A DNA stretch of 32,684 bases from Atractiella rhizophila (Eukaryota). The notes beneath the pieces were generated by a model. It had not been told where the DNA came from. It ran no database searches and saw nothing but the letters and a program-made list of their open reading frames with translations. Positions 12,063-24,144 of this stretch are shown here, in pieces (positions within the stretch are counted from its first letter, which is position 1; every line of letters begins with the position of its first letter). The stretch spans positions 1-32,684 of the forward strand of contig MU271307.1 in NCBI GenBank assembly GCA_021432655.1. Reading direction: 5' to 3'. The position numbers and the translations under genes are program-made.

Positions 12063-12914
12063 ATGGATCAACCGAAACTTCAATTTCAGCCTTCTGGTAG
12101 AAAGAGTAACAGAGTTAAAAAGCCAGTCGACCTAGCTCGAAAGAACAACGAAGATGGAACATCGCTGTCGGAAAGAGCGCAGAAGAAACAGCTACATGAA
12201 ATGTTTGTCCTCTTTTTTGGCATCAACATTTGTTGATAGATTAATATTTACTTGCAGGCTCATGTCAGATGCGAACCAGAGTGGCTATGATGCGACAAGA
12301 TACTTAATTTCGGAAAGCCAGTCCCTGATCAAGAGTCTAAATACATTTCGGTTAGTCTTTTATTCCGAGATTTTATTCCGAGATGTTTCATTGCTCTCGT
12401 ATGAATGGTTTCCTCATGCATTCCATTCTAGGACACCAACTCGACGTTGGCTCTGAGTTCCCTCCACCTTCTCTCCCTCGTAATGTCAACCACCGCTGAT
12501 GAGCCTCAACCACTGGACGAGGATGACGAGTTTGTCCAATTCTCAACTCAACAGCTCAACACAGCGGGGATTGGCGGCGGGGCAGGTATCTCGTCGTTTG
12601 TCAAGCTTTGGTTCGAGACCAGAAAGCAACAAGCGGCATTCCCTTCACTGACGGTCAAACGGTTACGCTACCTCAATAAAGTTGGGGCAACTATTGTAAC
12701 GATCCTGATTGAAGTGGGCGAGCTGGAGGAATATGAAGAGGATAAGCGGGACCTGGACTTTGTGCCCGAGGAGGAAGCAGAAGACGGAGTTGGAGCAGAA
12801 ACAGTTCACAAATTGATGCTCCTCAGGGCGTGGTGGAGATATGACGGAAGGATGAAAGGAGAATTGGAATGGCTTTTCTGTATGCCTCAAGACGGACCAA
12901 TTGTTATTGATTGA
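12063..12914 (+). CDS. Small spliced gene with a degenerate hAT dimerisation domain
   Basis: ATG 12063 and two probable introns (second donor uncertain); last exon LWFETRKQQAAFPSLTVKRLRYLNKVGAT...GAETVHKLMLLRAWW resembles hAT WW..FP.L...YL..PAT and ET...LM.L..W; directly followed by a hAT-type end. Confidence 0.55.
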
Positions 12915-12989
12915 AGAACTTCAGTGAAGTGTCATGTCACTGATGGGATAACTGATTATGTTTTTGATCATTATTACTGAACCTGGTTC

Positions 12990-13169
12990 CCTTCCTCCCC
13001 GTCAACCCGTGTAAGCCAGTGGGCAAGCCGTTTTAGCCAACTGTACCCCGTCCCGTTCCCATCCTCGACCAGGGAAGAATCCTGTAGACAGGACAAACGG
13101 GACGGGGTGCAACCGTCCCGTTCCCGTTTCGCCCAAAAAATCAATGGGTCGGCACGGTGTCGAGCCCTA
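12990..13169 (+). mobile_element. hAT-type right terminus with subterminal repeats
   Basis: Ends GTCGAGCCCTA (reverse complement TAGGGCTCGAC); clustered cccgtccc/acggg repeats; no matching left end found. Confidence 0.7.
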
Positions 13170-13319
13170 GTTGTACCCTGGTTGCCCAGGAGGCAATGCT
13201 TTGGCCAGGACCATGTTCCTATCATAGGCACGGTTGAACCCTAAAGTACTGTTAGTAGCAATCAAGAACTCAACCTCTCATTGTGTTATGACAATACTGA
13301 TCATCTGAGACAAATCAAG

Positions 13320-15020
13320 TGAATCAGAATTATTTCTCTTCTAACTCTATGAACGGACTCCAAAGGCACCTTGTAGAGCAAGTCAGAGTGCCTTTTGCAA
13401 TGGTCAATAGCCTTCTTCTCTACATCATGATCTGCAGAATTATCATACTGCCATCCTTCTTCTCCCTTCTCTTGATAGCCGCCCGCAACTGCCCAGGTGA
13501 CAAACGGCAGTATATCTCCATAACTATGAATTAGGTGAATATATGAGAGAAAATAGGAGGGAAAACGAACCTATTGGGGCCACAGTATTCAAGAAAAAGT
13601 TCCCAGACAGTGCCCACACTGTGGGATCATCATAAGTGGTCCTAAGACTGCCTCTAGTGCCTTGATGCCGATACCAGGCCACATGATAGGGTTTATGGCG
13701 CCTTCTACACCCAAAATTGAGTAAGCTGGCACCACTTCAAGACAGAAATTGAGAGAACTCACCTCTTCTCCCCTGGATGAAGTAGACCAGGAAACTGTCC
13801 ATCTATAAAGCGTACTGCACTGCAGAGTTAACAATATATGATCACGGATGGGATCATGAGAATGAGAGAACCAAGGGGATGTTCTCATGCTTTCCTATGA
13901 CCCAACACTTCATAGAAATGAAATCATAAGTCATAAAAAAGAATAGGAAAGGTATATAAGTAAAGAATGCACCTGTCTTGAGAAAAACATTGTAATAGAT
14001 TGTCATGGAAACCGATCTTATCTGCTTTCAAGCTATAGCACTTCATGATATCTGAAAAGGATATGAAGAGAACCAGTAATTATCAAGAAAGGTGTAAAGA
14101 AATGATAGAACACCCACCTTTCATTGACCTTTCCCTTGATTAGAGGATCCAAAGAAATAGAGTATTTCTCTCTGACAACATCAAACAATGATGACATGTT
14201 GTCATATTGCTTCTAGACATGATGAAAAGGTTTTAGATTAGTGGAAAAAGGTCACACAGAGATAGAGAAGTTTATATATCCATCTCCCTCTGCCACATAG
14301 GGCCATTGCCTATGCAGCTTAGTAGAAGCTCCTCATAGCCATGAGTTTTCAGCCATAAATCAACTCACTGGAGCAGCTCACAAAGCAGGAGCTCCACCTG
14401 TTGGCCTAATGATCAAATTAAATCATGGCATCATCCACTTAGGACCAGGACAACCACTAATGAAGTGATGCAAAAAATAGTGATCCCACAGCACTGTACT
14501 ATCGAAAAGGAACAGAATAGATGGCCTCAAGACTTTCTATGACCATGCCGACCATTCAGAGCATCCCCATTTAGCACAGGAGAACACTTGATACATTACT
14601 GCCTTATCTTGAGGATGTCCAAGCTTTAGGATATATAAAAGTGGCTTGTATAGAAAAAGGGAAGGCATATACATCAATGAGGTAGCTGAGGAACAAGATG
14701 CCTTAGGGTTATGAGTAGAGGCCAGATCAGCATTGATAGGGAGGGCAGAACCATCCAAGTCCAACAAAGTGGGGCTCCAAAGCAAACCAAAGACGAAACA
14801 CTCACAGGGTAGCTTCTCCCTTTTTGATATATTAATATCAAACACTTCCAACAGCGAATAACTAGGGGCAGGAGGGAGAGGAGCGATAAGAGGGTATGAG
14901 ATGAGGGGTTCCACCCAGAAAGACAAGGCTTCTTTAGTTCTAGTGATGGTGAGGGCTCTTTGGGAGGCACTGTGAGTGGTTTTTAATTGAAGGAATTGAT
15001 GGGATTGCCCATGGCATCAT
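13320..15020 (-). pseudogene. Heavily mutated multi-exon gene of unknown family
   Basis: ORF remnants 14537-14926 and 13589-13888 plus further protein-like segments with stops; looks CpG-poor by eye. Confidence 0.35.
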
Positions 15021-15329
15021 GCAGAATTGTCATCTATGCATTAGCTTAGACCGAGTTTCTTCCTTATGCTTTCTTTATATTCACGTAATGTTGAGACCTC
15101 ATGGAGATGGAATTAGGCTGGAATATGGTCCTTGTAGTGCCTTTTTATTCGCTCAAAGGTCCTGACACCCCCTCTATAGGCTGTCTCTCCTGTGTTTCCC
15201 TGTTAAGTGCGGCTATGGCAAATAGCGTAAGCTAGCTAAGAGGGGAGTTTATGGGTTGGCATATTACGTTGCATATATCCGCTACAAACTGGAGAGGGGA
15301 CCCTTAAAGGGAAGGTTTGAACTTCTCAC

Positions 15330-17880
15330 CTCTATAAAAATTACAAGCGACTTTTGAAGTGTACTCTGAAAGAGGACGCTGGCACCCACAATGAGTTTCA
15401 CCTAAAAGAAGCTAATCAAGAAAATATTATATACTATAATTATTTAATACTAATTATGATATTCTATATAATTCAATTTTAAAATTCTTGTTGATTTAGC
15501 TTATTTCCACTATAGTATGATAATTATAGTGACAATATTTTAACGTAATGTTATTCTATTCACTATAAATATGTATAATAAGAATATATATTAAAGATAT
15601 TATTAAAGATTAAAATTCATATAAATAATTTCTTTAGAAAAATTAACTTATGTATAAAATATTTAATATTTATATAATATAACTATATAATAAGAAGAAG
15701 AAATGTATCTATCTTTCCAGCAACAATGTAGCTTGCAAAAGCAGACAAATGCTCTCTTTGTCTTTGTTTAAAAGAAGGAGACAGGAGACTCTTAGCCCTT
15801 ATCTGTAGTAACTTCACCTTCACACAATTTTTAAGTCTTGATGAGACTGGCACCTGCAGCTTCCATACTTTCATTGAGTACATGCACCTCTGTTTCTTCG
15901 CCTCAACTGCTTAGAGACCCGCTCTTCAAGGTCTTTCTAAATTCTGAGGCTTGCTTCCTGCTCATGCTTTGACATTGACAATACTGGCCACACACTGTTC
16001 AGCTCATGTAAATGTTGAATTTTGTAAATACTACTCTTCTCATTTCTTTGCTGATTTGCTTACTCTATTGTCTTTGCAGGTGGTTTGTTAAACGGCAAAA
16101 AATCTTAAGAACGAATTCAGAGAAAGGAACAATGATGATACTGCACTGAAGCTTGCTTTGGGGACAACTATGAGGCAAGAAATATGTTTGAGGATGACAC
16201 TTAGATTCCTTTGCTATCTTTTTCTCTTTTATACAACATAAAAATATAAGAAGATAGTCCAAATAGGAGTTGCTAGCATTTTGGGGTTGGATTGCATTAC
16301 AGAGAACCATGTATTTGGTTCACAATAACAGAACACCAGGGTTAGTTGCCTGGCATTCCTCAAGTATGGACCATTTGGCTACCCCTAAAGGAGCAAGATG
16401 TGAGCTAGTAGTTGACAAAAGTATCAGTGCTGTGAAGTGCAAGGTAACACTGAATATAAGTCTTGCACTTGCAGGTTTACAAGCTTTTATAACAGAGATA
16501 TCCCCGAGGCAAAAAGGAGGTCTACAATTTTGTCAGTAGTCAGTTACTTAAGTTTACTTTGTTGTTTTGTAGTAGTCTGCTGTGTGGCTACATGTGTATG
16601 ACGTCAATCTATGTTATTTGTTATTGAGATCATATTAAACAGCATTCATACAAAGTCAACATAGCTTTACATTTTGGGAGACCATCAAATAAAAAGAAGT
16701 GTAATCGATGAGATGACAGTGAGAAGAGTACCAAATGAGGAGGTTCTAAAAGGGAGTAAAGGTAAAGAAAAACCGATAAAGAAGAAGCCCAAAGTCCCCT
16801 TGTAATGTTATATTGAGAAAATATAATCAACTGTAAGGGTATCACTAAGTCGTAATAGTAGGTTGCAAGTAGAAAGAAGATTCAGAAAGAAGTTAAGACG
16901 AAAAGAACTACCAAGAGAGATCATTTAACGTAGAACTGCTCTAAAGAACCCTTGCCCGACCAATCCTTCAACTTCTCCTTCCACACCAGACATAGCTGCC
17001 GATCCATAGCTTTGTGCTTCCCATCATACAAAATGCATTTGAAGGAGAGATGAGAGCAAAGAGCAGGTTGAGTTGATTGGTACTGTGATGATTGGTAATA
17101 TGATGTTTGGGGGCATTCCAGAGGACAATTGGTAATATTGCTATTGGTAAATTGGGTTTTAACATCTTGAAGAGCGGCTCTCTGCTAAATCAACAAGAAT
17201 TAAAATATAAAATATTGTCACTATAATTATCATACTATAGTGGAAATAAGCTAAATCAACAAGAATTTTAAAATTGAATTATATAAAATATCATAATTAG
17301 TATTAAATAATTATAGTAGATAATATTTTCTTGAATTACCTTCTTTTAGATAAAATTTAATTTTAATTAGCGTTGAGTACAGATATCCTTATCTCTACTG
17401 CTTGGAAGATGAGGACAGAACAAGTCGAGGTGGTATTTGTAGATATAAGTTGTGCGGTTAATGTGGAGATATAAGATGGAGGGACTGGACGAAGATGCCG
17501 GGGATGAGGAGAGATTATGGTCTTGCGGCAGAAGAGTTGCGACGACCGCTTGAGAAGCCGAAGGCCAAGATAACTTTGTAGGATTCACAGGGGACGGCTG
17601 ATCCTGGTCAGTAGTGTCTTGAAGTGCAGGCGCAGAGATCTTCTGATAGACACAGTTGAGGTAAAGTCGTCCGCAGTTCGCGCATCCAGGCTTCTCTTCG
17701 CCACATTTCACACCGCGTTGTTTGCAAATCAAGCAACCTGAAGGACGCACAAAAGTCAGCATTTCCATCAAGTATTGATTGCGACAAGAAACCAACCTTT
17801 CTTGCTGCGAGAGAAATGTGGTTTAAACCCTCGTCTAGGGGAGAGAGTCGCACCCCAGCTCCGACGCCTTTCGTGCCATC
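15330..17880 (-). pseudogene. Zn(II)2Cys6 transcription factor gene split by the TIR element
   Basis: Spliced FSRSKK|GCLICKQRGVKCGEEKPGCANCGRLYLNCVY; removing the element restores an open frame DIC-TLQKSLVIFIE up to a GTGAGA donor at 15329. No clean start codon found. Confidence 0.75.
15364..17377. mobile_element. Non-autonomous long-TIR element with TA target duplication (Tc1/mariner-like), very AT-rich arms
   Basis: 15402-15541 is a near-perfect inverted copy of about 17210-17349; degenerate homology extends to TA|CTC (15362-15366) and GAG|TA (17375-17379). Confidence 0.8.
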
Positions 17881-18699
17881 TACTTCGTCTGGTTCAGTTC
17901 TGCAACTCAGGTATGCTATTTATGAACACTCAAAATGAGTTTTGATGATTTCAACGGCAGAAAAGGCTGAGTAATGCGTTCCGAGCACATTCAGAGTGGT
18001 AGTCATTCAACGAATTTTACACCTTCAGTCGTGTCCAATCTTTTCAGAAGGTTCTATTATCATCCTCTGCCATAGGAGCGCAGAGTAACAGTTGCCAGTT
18101 TGCGTATTCCAACTGCTCGCTCTCCTGTGCTCTCGTCTTTTGTTGGGGAGGCAGCTTTCTGTGCTTCTGCCCACTGTCTCAACGGCAAGCGCTGAATCAG
18201 TGCGGCGTTCCATCCTGCCTCACAGGCAGGGGTGAACATACTAACAACTCCCCTGGATCAGCCCCATAATGTGAATTAACCACCCCCTCCATCATCGAAT
18301 TGGGAACCTTGACAAGACTGATAGGTTTATTGTGTAAGGGCCGCTTATGGGGAATCTGTTGATGCAGCCCCCGGTGGGACCTGATCCTGGTTCTTCAGCT
18401 GGCTGAAGGTGACAGACGGTATAAGCAAAGGCAGGTGAGAGGATACAGCGCCCCGAATATCGTAGGTGCGCATCGCTATGGAAATGACGACGATGTTGGG
18501 CTGTCAGGTTGAAACAATGAGCGTTCTGATCTGTATTGTAGGGAAACATCTTTCATTGGAAGCAATTTACAGGATCGAGAAGAACATGTATGTTGCTGGA
18601 TGAGATCATCGAAGTCTCTCCTAGCTTCTCCGTCGAGTAAGTGTACTGGTCCCTGGAGCTCGAGATATTGTTCAGATAATTTTCAGCAATTATTGGCGA

Positions 18700-18900
18700 A
18701 CGGAGCCTAAACGCGATCTATCTGCCAGTGGAAGTCCCGCAGATGAGATCAACATGTGCAAGACGAACAGCTTGGTCTTATGGCACATTGAGGAACTACC
18801 AGGGTTGAAGCATGATGTGTCCGAGCGTATATGAGCCAATGTCATCGATGGAAAGGATCTGCAATCCTATGGATTCCTCGCGCCTTTCATAGATAGTACC
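18700..18900 (-). pseudogene. Patatin-like phospholipase N-terminal fragment
   Basis: GLQILSIDD ... VDLICGTSTGR*IAFRL corresponds to patatin LRILSLDGGG and DLICGTSTGG motifs; several in-frame stops. Confidence 0.65.
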
Positions 18901-19542
18901 GATATTCCTCTAGAAATACATATAGAGGCTGTCAGGAATCCACTCCCTACACACCCAACTAGGTAAACTCAGGATGGCAAAAATTGGGCCTCCTTATCTG
19001 GAAGTCTTTGATAGCAAAGTTCAGAGCAGTTAAGGATTTAAACACCCTTCCCTGTACAAATCCAAGGGAAAAAAAACCGACTGTTCAGGGAGACAACACG
19101 AACGGTCCGTCCTACTCTCCCCCAGAACATTTACGCTCGCCCTACAACACGATATCGAAATGACGACTTTTTTGTCAATAAAAAAACCTAACCTCTTTGG
19201 CTCTCTTACACCAGACCAAGCACAGGCTTGATCAGATGTTCCAGCTTCCTTCTCATAATGGGGCTACTATGACCCTGCCTATTCGTGCATGCCATATGTG
19301 GCATACCGCACACACACTGCACGCCCATGCTTTTATTCCACCCACCCACCCACCTCGACTCCCAACTTTTCGAACTCTAGTAAAAATTCTGCAAAATGCG
19401 CTGTCAACCAACCGTTGTGGAGTTCATTGGCGGAGGTCGTAATCAAAAGTAGGCGACAAGACACGGACTGCCCTAGTCCTTTTTTTCGTCTCCGACCGGT
19501 CCTCTGATCAAGCATATTAGGATGGCATGATGGATTGCAACC

Positions 19543-20141
19543 GGCCACGAGGACAGCGATAACTGAAACAGTAAGTCTGGGCTTAGCGCTGCTCCTTAAA
19601 ACTGCGAACTTTCCTGTACCAGTTTAAGGACGCAAACGTCTCGCCACTTAAGACAGCATCTACTATTACGGACAGGTGCCATGGATTTCATCCCTCATAC
19701 ACACTTGCCCGACAATCGAAGATGAAAAAGTGAAAGGCGCATCGGCAGGTGGGGCATGCAATAACAATGACACTCACTAGGGAATATGGGCACACAGACA
19801 AACAGCGCAACTCCAGTCTACACTCCAAGGCTACAATGCCTTGCCCTCAAGTAGGGGAGCTGGGAGTTCCTTGGCTCCTTCATTCTTCCCTCGTCGAGAT
19901 TTGAATTGGGCCTGGTTGAGTCTAGCAGATGCCAAGAGCCGTGAAATGAGGAGGAGGTAAATGATGTTCAAAAGCACCTTACCATCCCCAAACACTCTGT
20001 AAGACCTGTCGGATCCAGCAAGGTGAAGAAACCAAATACTGTGTGCCAGAGCTGACGATGAGGAAAGCGGAAAAATACGACACACAATGCAAACCCCTCA
20101 GAGGTTAATGGACTAAGTGACATAGTGTGAGTCATGCCCTT
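19543..20141. ncRNA. Structured non-coding repeat, copy 2
   Basis: Most diverged copy with many indels, yet core 19971-20031 is 60/61 identical to copy 1 and helices are retained. Confidence 0.6.
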
Positions 20142-20519
20142 CCGCGGCAAATGGTGGTTCGGGTGTATTGGAGAGTTACTGTGGCTTAGAATTGTGCCAG
20201 AATACCTTAATGAATTGAAAGCAAATTCTACATGCCAAAGTGAGAACAGGAAGATTCCAAGGTTGGATAATCAAGGTATGACCCATTGGTAGATGGTTGC
20301 CCCATCTGGATCCCCCTTTAAATCCATATCGTGCCACCCGATGCAGAAATCCAGGATTTCGTCTAACATGAGCTCAAACTTCTTACCCTTAACGTCGTAC
20401 TGGTGTAGTCCCTCGCCCACTTCGGATCATTCTCTACCTTCTTCACGACCCCGTGCATGGTGTACGAGGAGAACCACTTCAGCTTTTGACTATACTGTTA
20501 GGAACATGCTGAGAGATGA

Positions 20520-23200
20520 TCAGTGATTGAGTACTCGTAACACTTCCTTGTAAACTACATTATCTGTTTGCTTGTTTTCTTCTCCTTGCTTTGTTTTGAC
20601 CAATACTCGTAAATTGTTTGCGTTTGAAACCCATGAAAGACCAACATAAAGTTGCCCATGAGAGAAAGGAGAACACTCTAAGTACAAACCCACATGTCCA
20701 ACAGATTGTCCTTGCACTTTATTCAGAGTTAAGGCAAACGCTAAGCGCACAGGGAATTGAAAGCGCCAGAATTGAAAAGGAAGCTGGTTTGATACTGCAC
20801 TGTCAATGCCAATTTGAGGAATGAGAACTGATTCGCCACTGTGTGTGCGCCTGTAATGATGGTTCCTTTGATGACTCATCGGGGAAGCTGACTGACAATG
20901 AGTTGTGTGCCGTTGCACAGGCCAACAGATGGATTGAGATTTCACAGAAGAATGATGGGTGCACCGGTCTTGAGGTGTAAACGATGCGAAGGGAATCCAG
21001 AGATCTCCAGGGTATTCAGGTACTCGACAGAGAAGCGATTTCTGAGATCTCCCTCATCATCGGTAATTTGATCTGCACTATAATATACCCGATCTCCTGT
21101 GCATTCAAGCCACTGAATCAAGCAATCATTGATGCCATCCACATTCTTTGCTGCTAGAATCGTGCGAACCCGGAAGTATTCTTGAAGGAACCTAGTTGTC
21201 CGTAAATTGAGCACAACAGACCATCTAGTCCTTCATGGGATGGAATAATAGACCCATCTGGTATCGTTAAGGCTCCACATCCATTGTCTGATGGATTATC
21301 AGTGAGACCATTTCCAACATCAAGGAGCCACTGGGCAAATCTGGTCGCATCCTCAAATTCAGCTGGTGTCATTTCCTGTTGGCCTCAAAGAAGGCGCATA
21401 TTGGTTTTCAAAGGCAGGACTTGAACATTTGGCCAGAAGTGAGAATTAATGATGCAGGCATCCACAATCTGAGCTCAGCTTCCATTTGGCACTACCGGAA
21501 GACACTGTCTGCCATCTCCTATGAACAGTATGTTAATAAAGAACTACTTAAAGGGAAGTATCATACCACAGAAAACCATTAGTGTTCCTCCAAGTGGTCT
21601 TGAATCCTTTTAAGGTCCTGCCCCAACCGATCCACACAGCAGACAGAGAGGCAATCACTCATAATGGCTTCATCCCACAGGATAATTTCTGCCTCGACAT
21701 ATAGCCTTCCATGATCACTTTGAGCCGAAATACCACAAACTGATTGAGCATCTGCATTGAGGGGAATCTTGAATCACGTATGAGCGGTACGACCACCTTC
21801 ATCCTGGAACAGCTGATTCATTGAACGTGGACTGCCAGTGAAACTTGATGGTAATATAGTCTGCCTTCCTATATCTTCTAAAGGATAGCCTTCTGCAAGG
21901 GCATCTGTAAGACCTTGATATACCTCAGCTCAAAGAATAGACTGATTGAACCGAAGGTAGCGGAGGCGATATGCTTCAATTTGTGCATAAGCGTCAACTA
22001 CTAATTCTTGTAATAGCCGACCACCATAGAGAGGTAGTGAGAATGTATCACTTCGTTGATGCAACATGTAAGAATAGAACTCCATTTGGCTGACACATTG
22101 TCAAACCCCGGAATTGCCAACCCGCATGCTGTCGTCATTGAAGTGCTCTCGCTCACGAGGAGGAAGATCTGCAGGCAGGTCTCAATATGGAATCTGCGGA
22201 TGCCATCATCCCCATATGGGAAAAGAAGTGGAAAACGAAGTGGAAGATAATTTGAGTTGAGCTCGTTGACACGCTGTACGTTGCCACCGGTTGTGGTTGC
22301 CCTGAGCTAGATGATGATATCTCTAGCCACACCATATTCTTCTCTGTTGCCATCTCCTACCATCACTACAGCAACTTCGCTGGCTACAGGAATGTTGTAG
22401 CGTCTTGGGTCCCTATCTCGTGGAACTACTGTGCGAAGATGTAGCGTGGTGGTAGGATCCTGTTCCATTCTTTCTTTTGCAAATTTGTAGATCCTGGGAT
22501 ATGGGTTGACACGGAAGAGCATAGCCTGAAGTTCTTCAAGCGTAGCACAACTCAGTGAGACTGAAGAGTCCCCAACTCTTCGTTCAATCTGTACAGCTGA
22601 ATCTGTAATGTAGACCTGTGCAAATGTTTCACCCCCTTCTTGTTGTGGCAAAAGAGTACCAATAAGGTGGCACAGCTCTCCCTGAATTTTGAAGGAGTAG
22701 GGACCAGGTCCAGGAATTGAGACCTGGCATACACCTAAGGATGTAAAGGCAAAAGTATTGTTGAATACCCTGATATGCTCTCGAAATTTTGACTCTATAA
22801 TGATTGTTCCTCTCAGATATGTATATGCAATAAATTGAATAGAAATACTTACCTGTTGTATTGTGATATATAAAAAGCTTTCATAGCTCTTCAGAAGGAG
22901 GTGGAGGAACAGGTAGCAGCACGTTGTAGACAGCACAATGAAAACTTTGGATTATATTGTGGGCTGTTAACGATCTTCTCTTCCATCCAATGAAAGGCTT
23001 TGCAATGTGCACAAAGTAATTCCCACGTACTGAGATGGTGTGCCTCAAGATCCATATCAGGTGAGTAGTTGAATGCAGGATAGTGATGTTGCCTTTGTTA
23101 GCCTTGCAACAATGGGACTAATGCCGTATCCTCATCGCTGTCTCCATCATCAGGATCAGGAGAGGATGGGTGCTGTTGAGCCTCTTCTTCACTGTCCTCC
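20520..23200 (-). mobile_element. Helitron Rep/helicase pseudogene with a large internal deletion
   Basis: CAHCKAFHWMEE; IRVFNNTFAFTSLG; GPYSFKIQGELCH; RRYNIPVASEVA; PLLFPYG; PSSFTGSPRSM; PIF1-type GGRTAH, IIWDEA, QFPVRLAFALTLNKVQGQS, FSHGQLYVGLS, NVVYKEVL; many stops and frameshifts. Termini not identified. Confidence 0.92.
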
Positions 23201-24144
23201 TCAAGGAGGGTGAACACTGTCTCCGATGTCGTCGAGCTCGTCGTGACGATCTAGACAGTGATGAGCTTTGACGCCGCCGGTGATGTGGAGCCCTGGCTGG
23301 TCTCGTCTCATGCTGAGGTGGAGTCGGTGGAGTATGGAGTAGGATTAAAATGTGCAGGGCATCGCCTCTCCCTTATAGGTCAGCCTTGGTGTGGTGGTGC
23401 CTCCTGCTGCAGATTTTGGGGCCGTTTGGATCAGCGCTCTCGATTTCTTGTTTGATTTCTCTGAATTGCACGTGGCATGAGAGTGCAGCTTGCTGCACAT
23501 AGCAAAATGATGTAAGTGAAGAATACATAAGCTAGAGTACACACACCTATGCTCCTTTTGCTTGATTTGATTTGATGGTAAAGGACTCATACGGTAGATT
23601 GTTAGGAAGCATATTTGTGTTGAAAGAAACAGTTTCACTTGCATGAAACTTTGCTCACTTTCCCTCATAGTTAGGAAACAATGTTTTTTTGGGCCACGAT
23701 GTGAGAAATCAGAGAAAGGGCTGTGCTGCACTTTTCGGGGGACAAAATGTGATCCCACCGGGAATCGAACCCACCGCAACATAATGCATGACCTGAGTTT
23801 CGCTATATACCAACTAAACCAACTTTTATGTTCTACCAACCTTACTTTGAGTAGGTAACCAAAGCTTTGCCCAAAGGGTCAAAGTCACCTGACTCAGTCA
23901 GGAAAACAATGTTTTTTCGTCTTTCAAACAGGCTTTGCTGTATACGGTTCGAAGGGCGCCGACACGCGTATTCTGTTGGTATGCTCAGAATTCTGACAGG
24001 GTTGTTGTGGGCGGTGATATAAGAGCTCAAAAGTACATGCGTGAGTCATGGTCAAACCCGTCGTTCTTTTTATATAAGGAGGATAAGGATGCACCCCATT
24101 CGGCTTGTGCTTACTTTCATTCGTTGGCTTGTAACGCGAGCACC

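Noticed and set aside
19370..19480. Helitron 3' terminus (hairpin plus CTAG)
   Set aside because: CTAG sites are present but lack the expected upstream GC hairpin spacing and following T.
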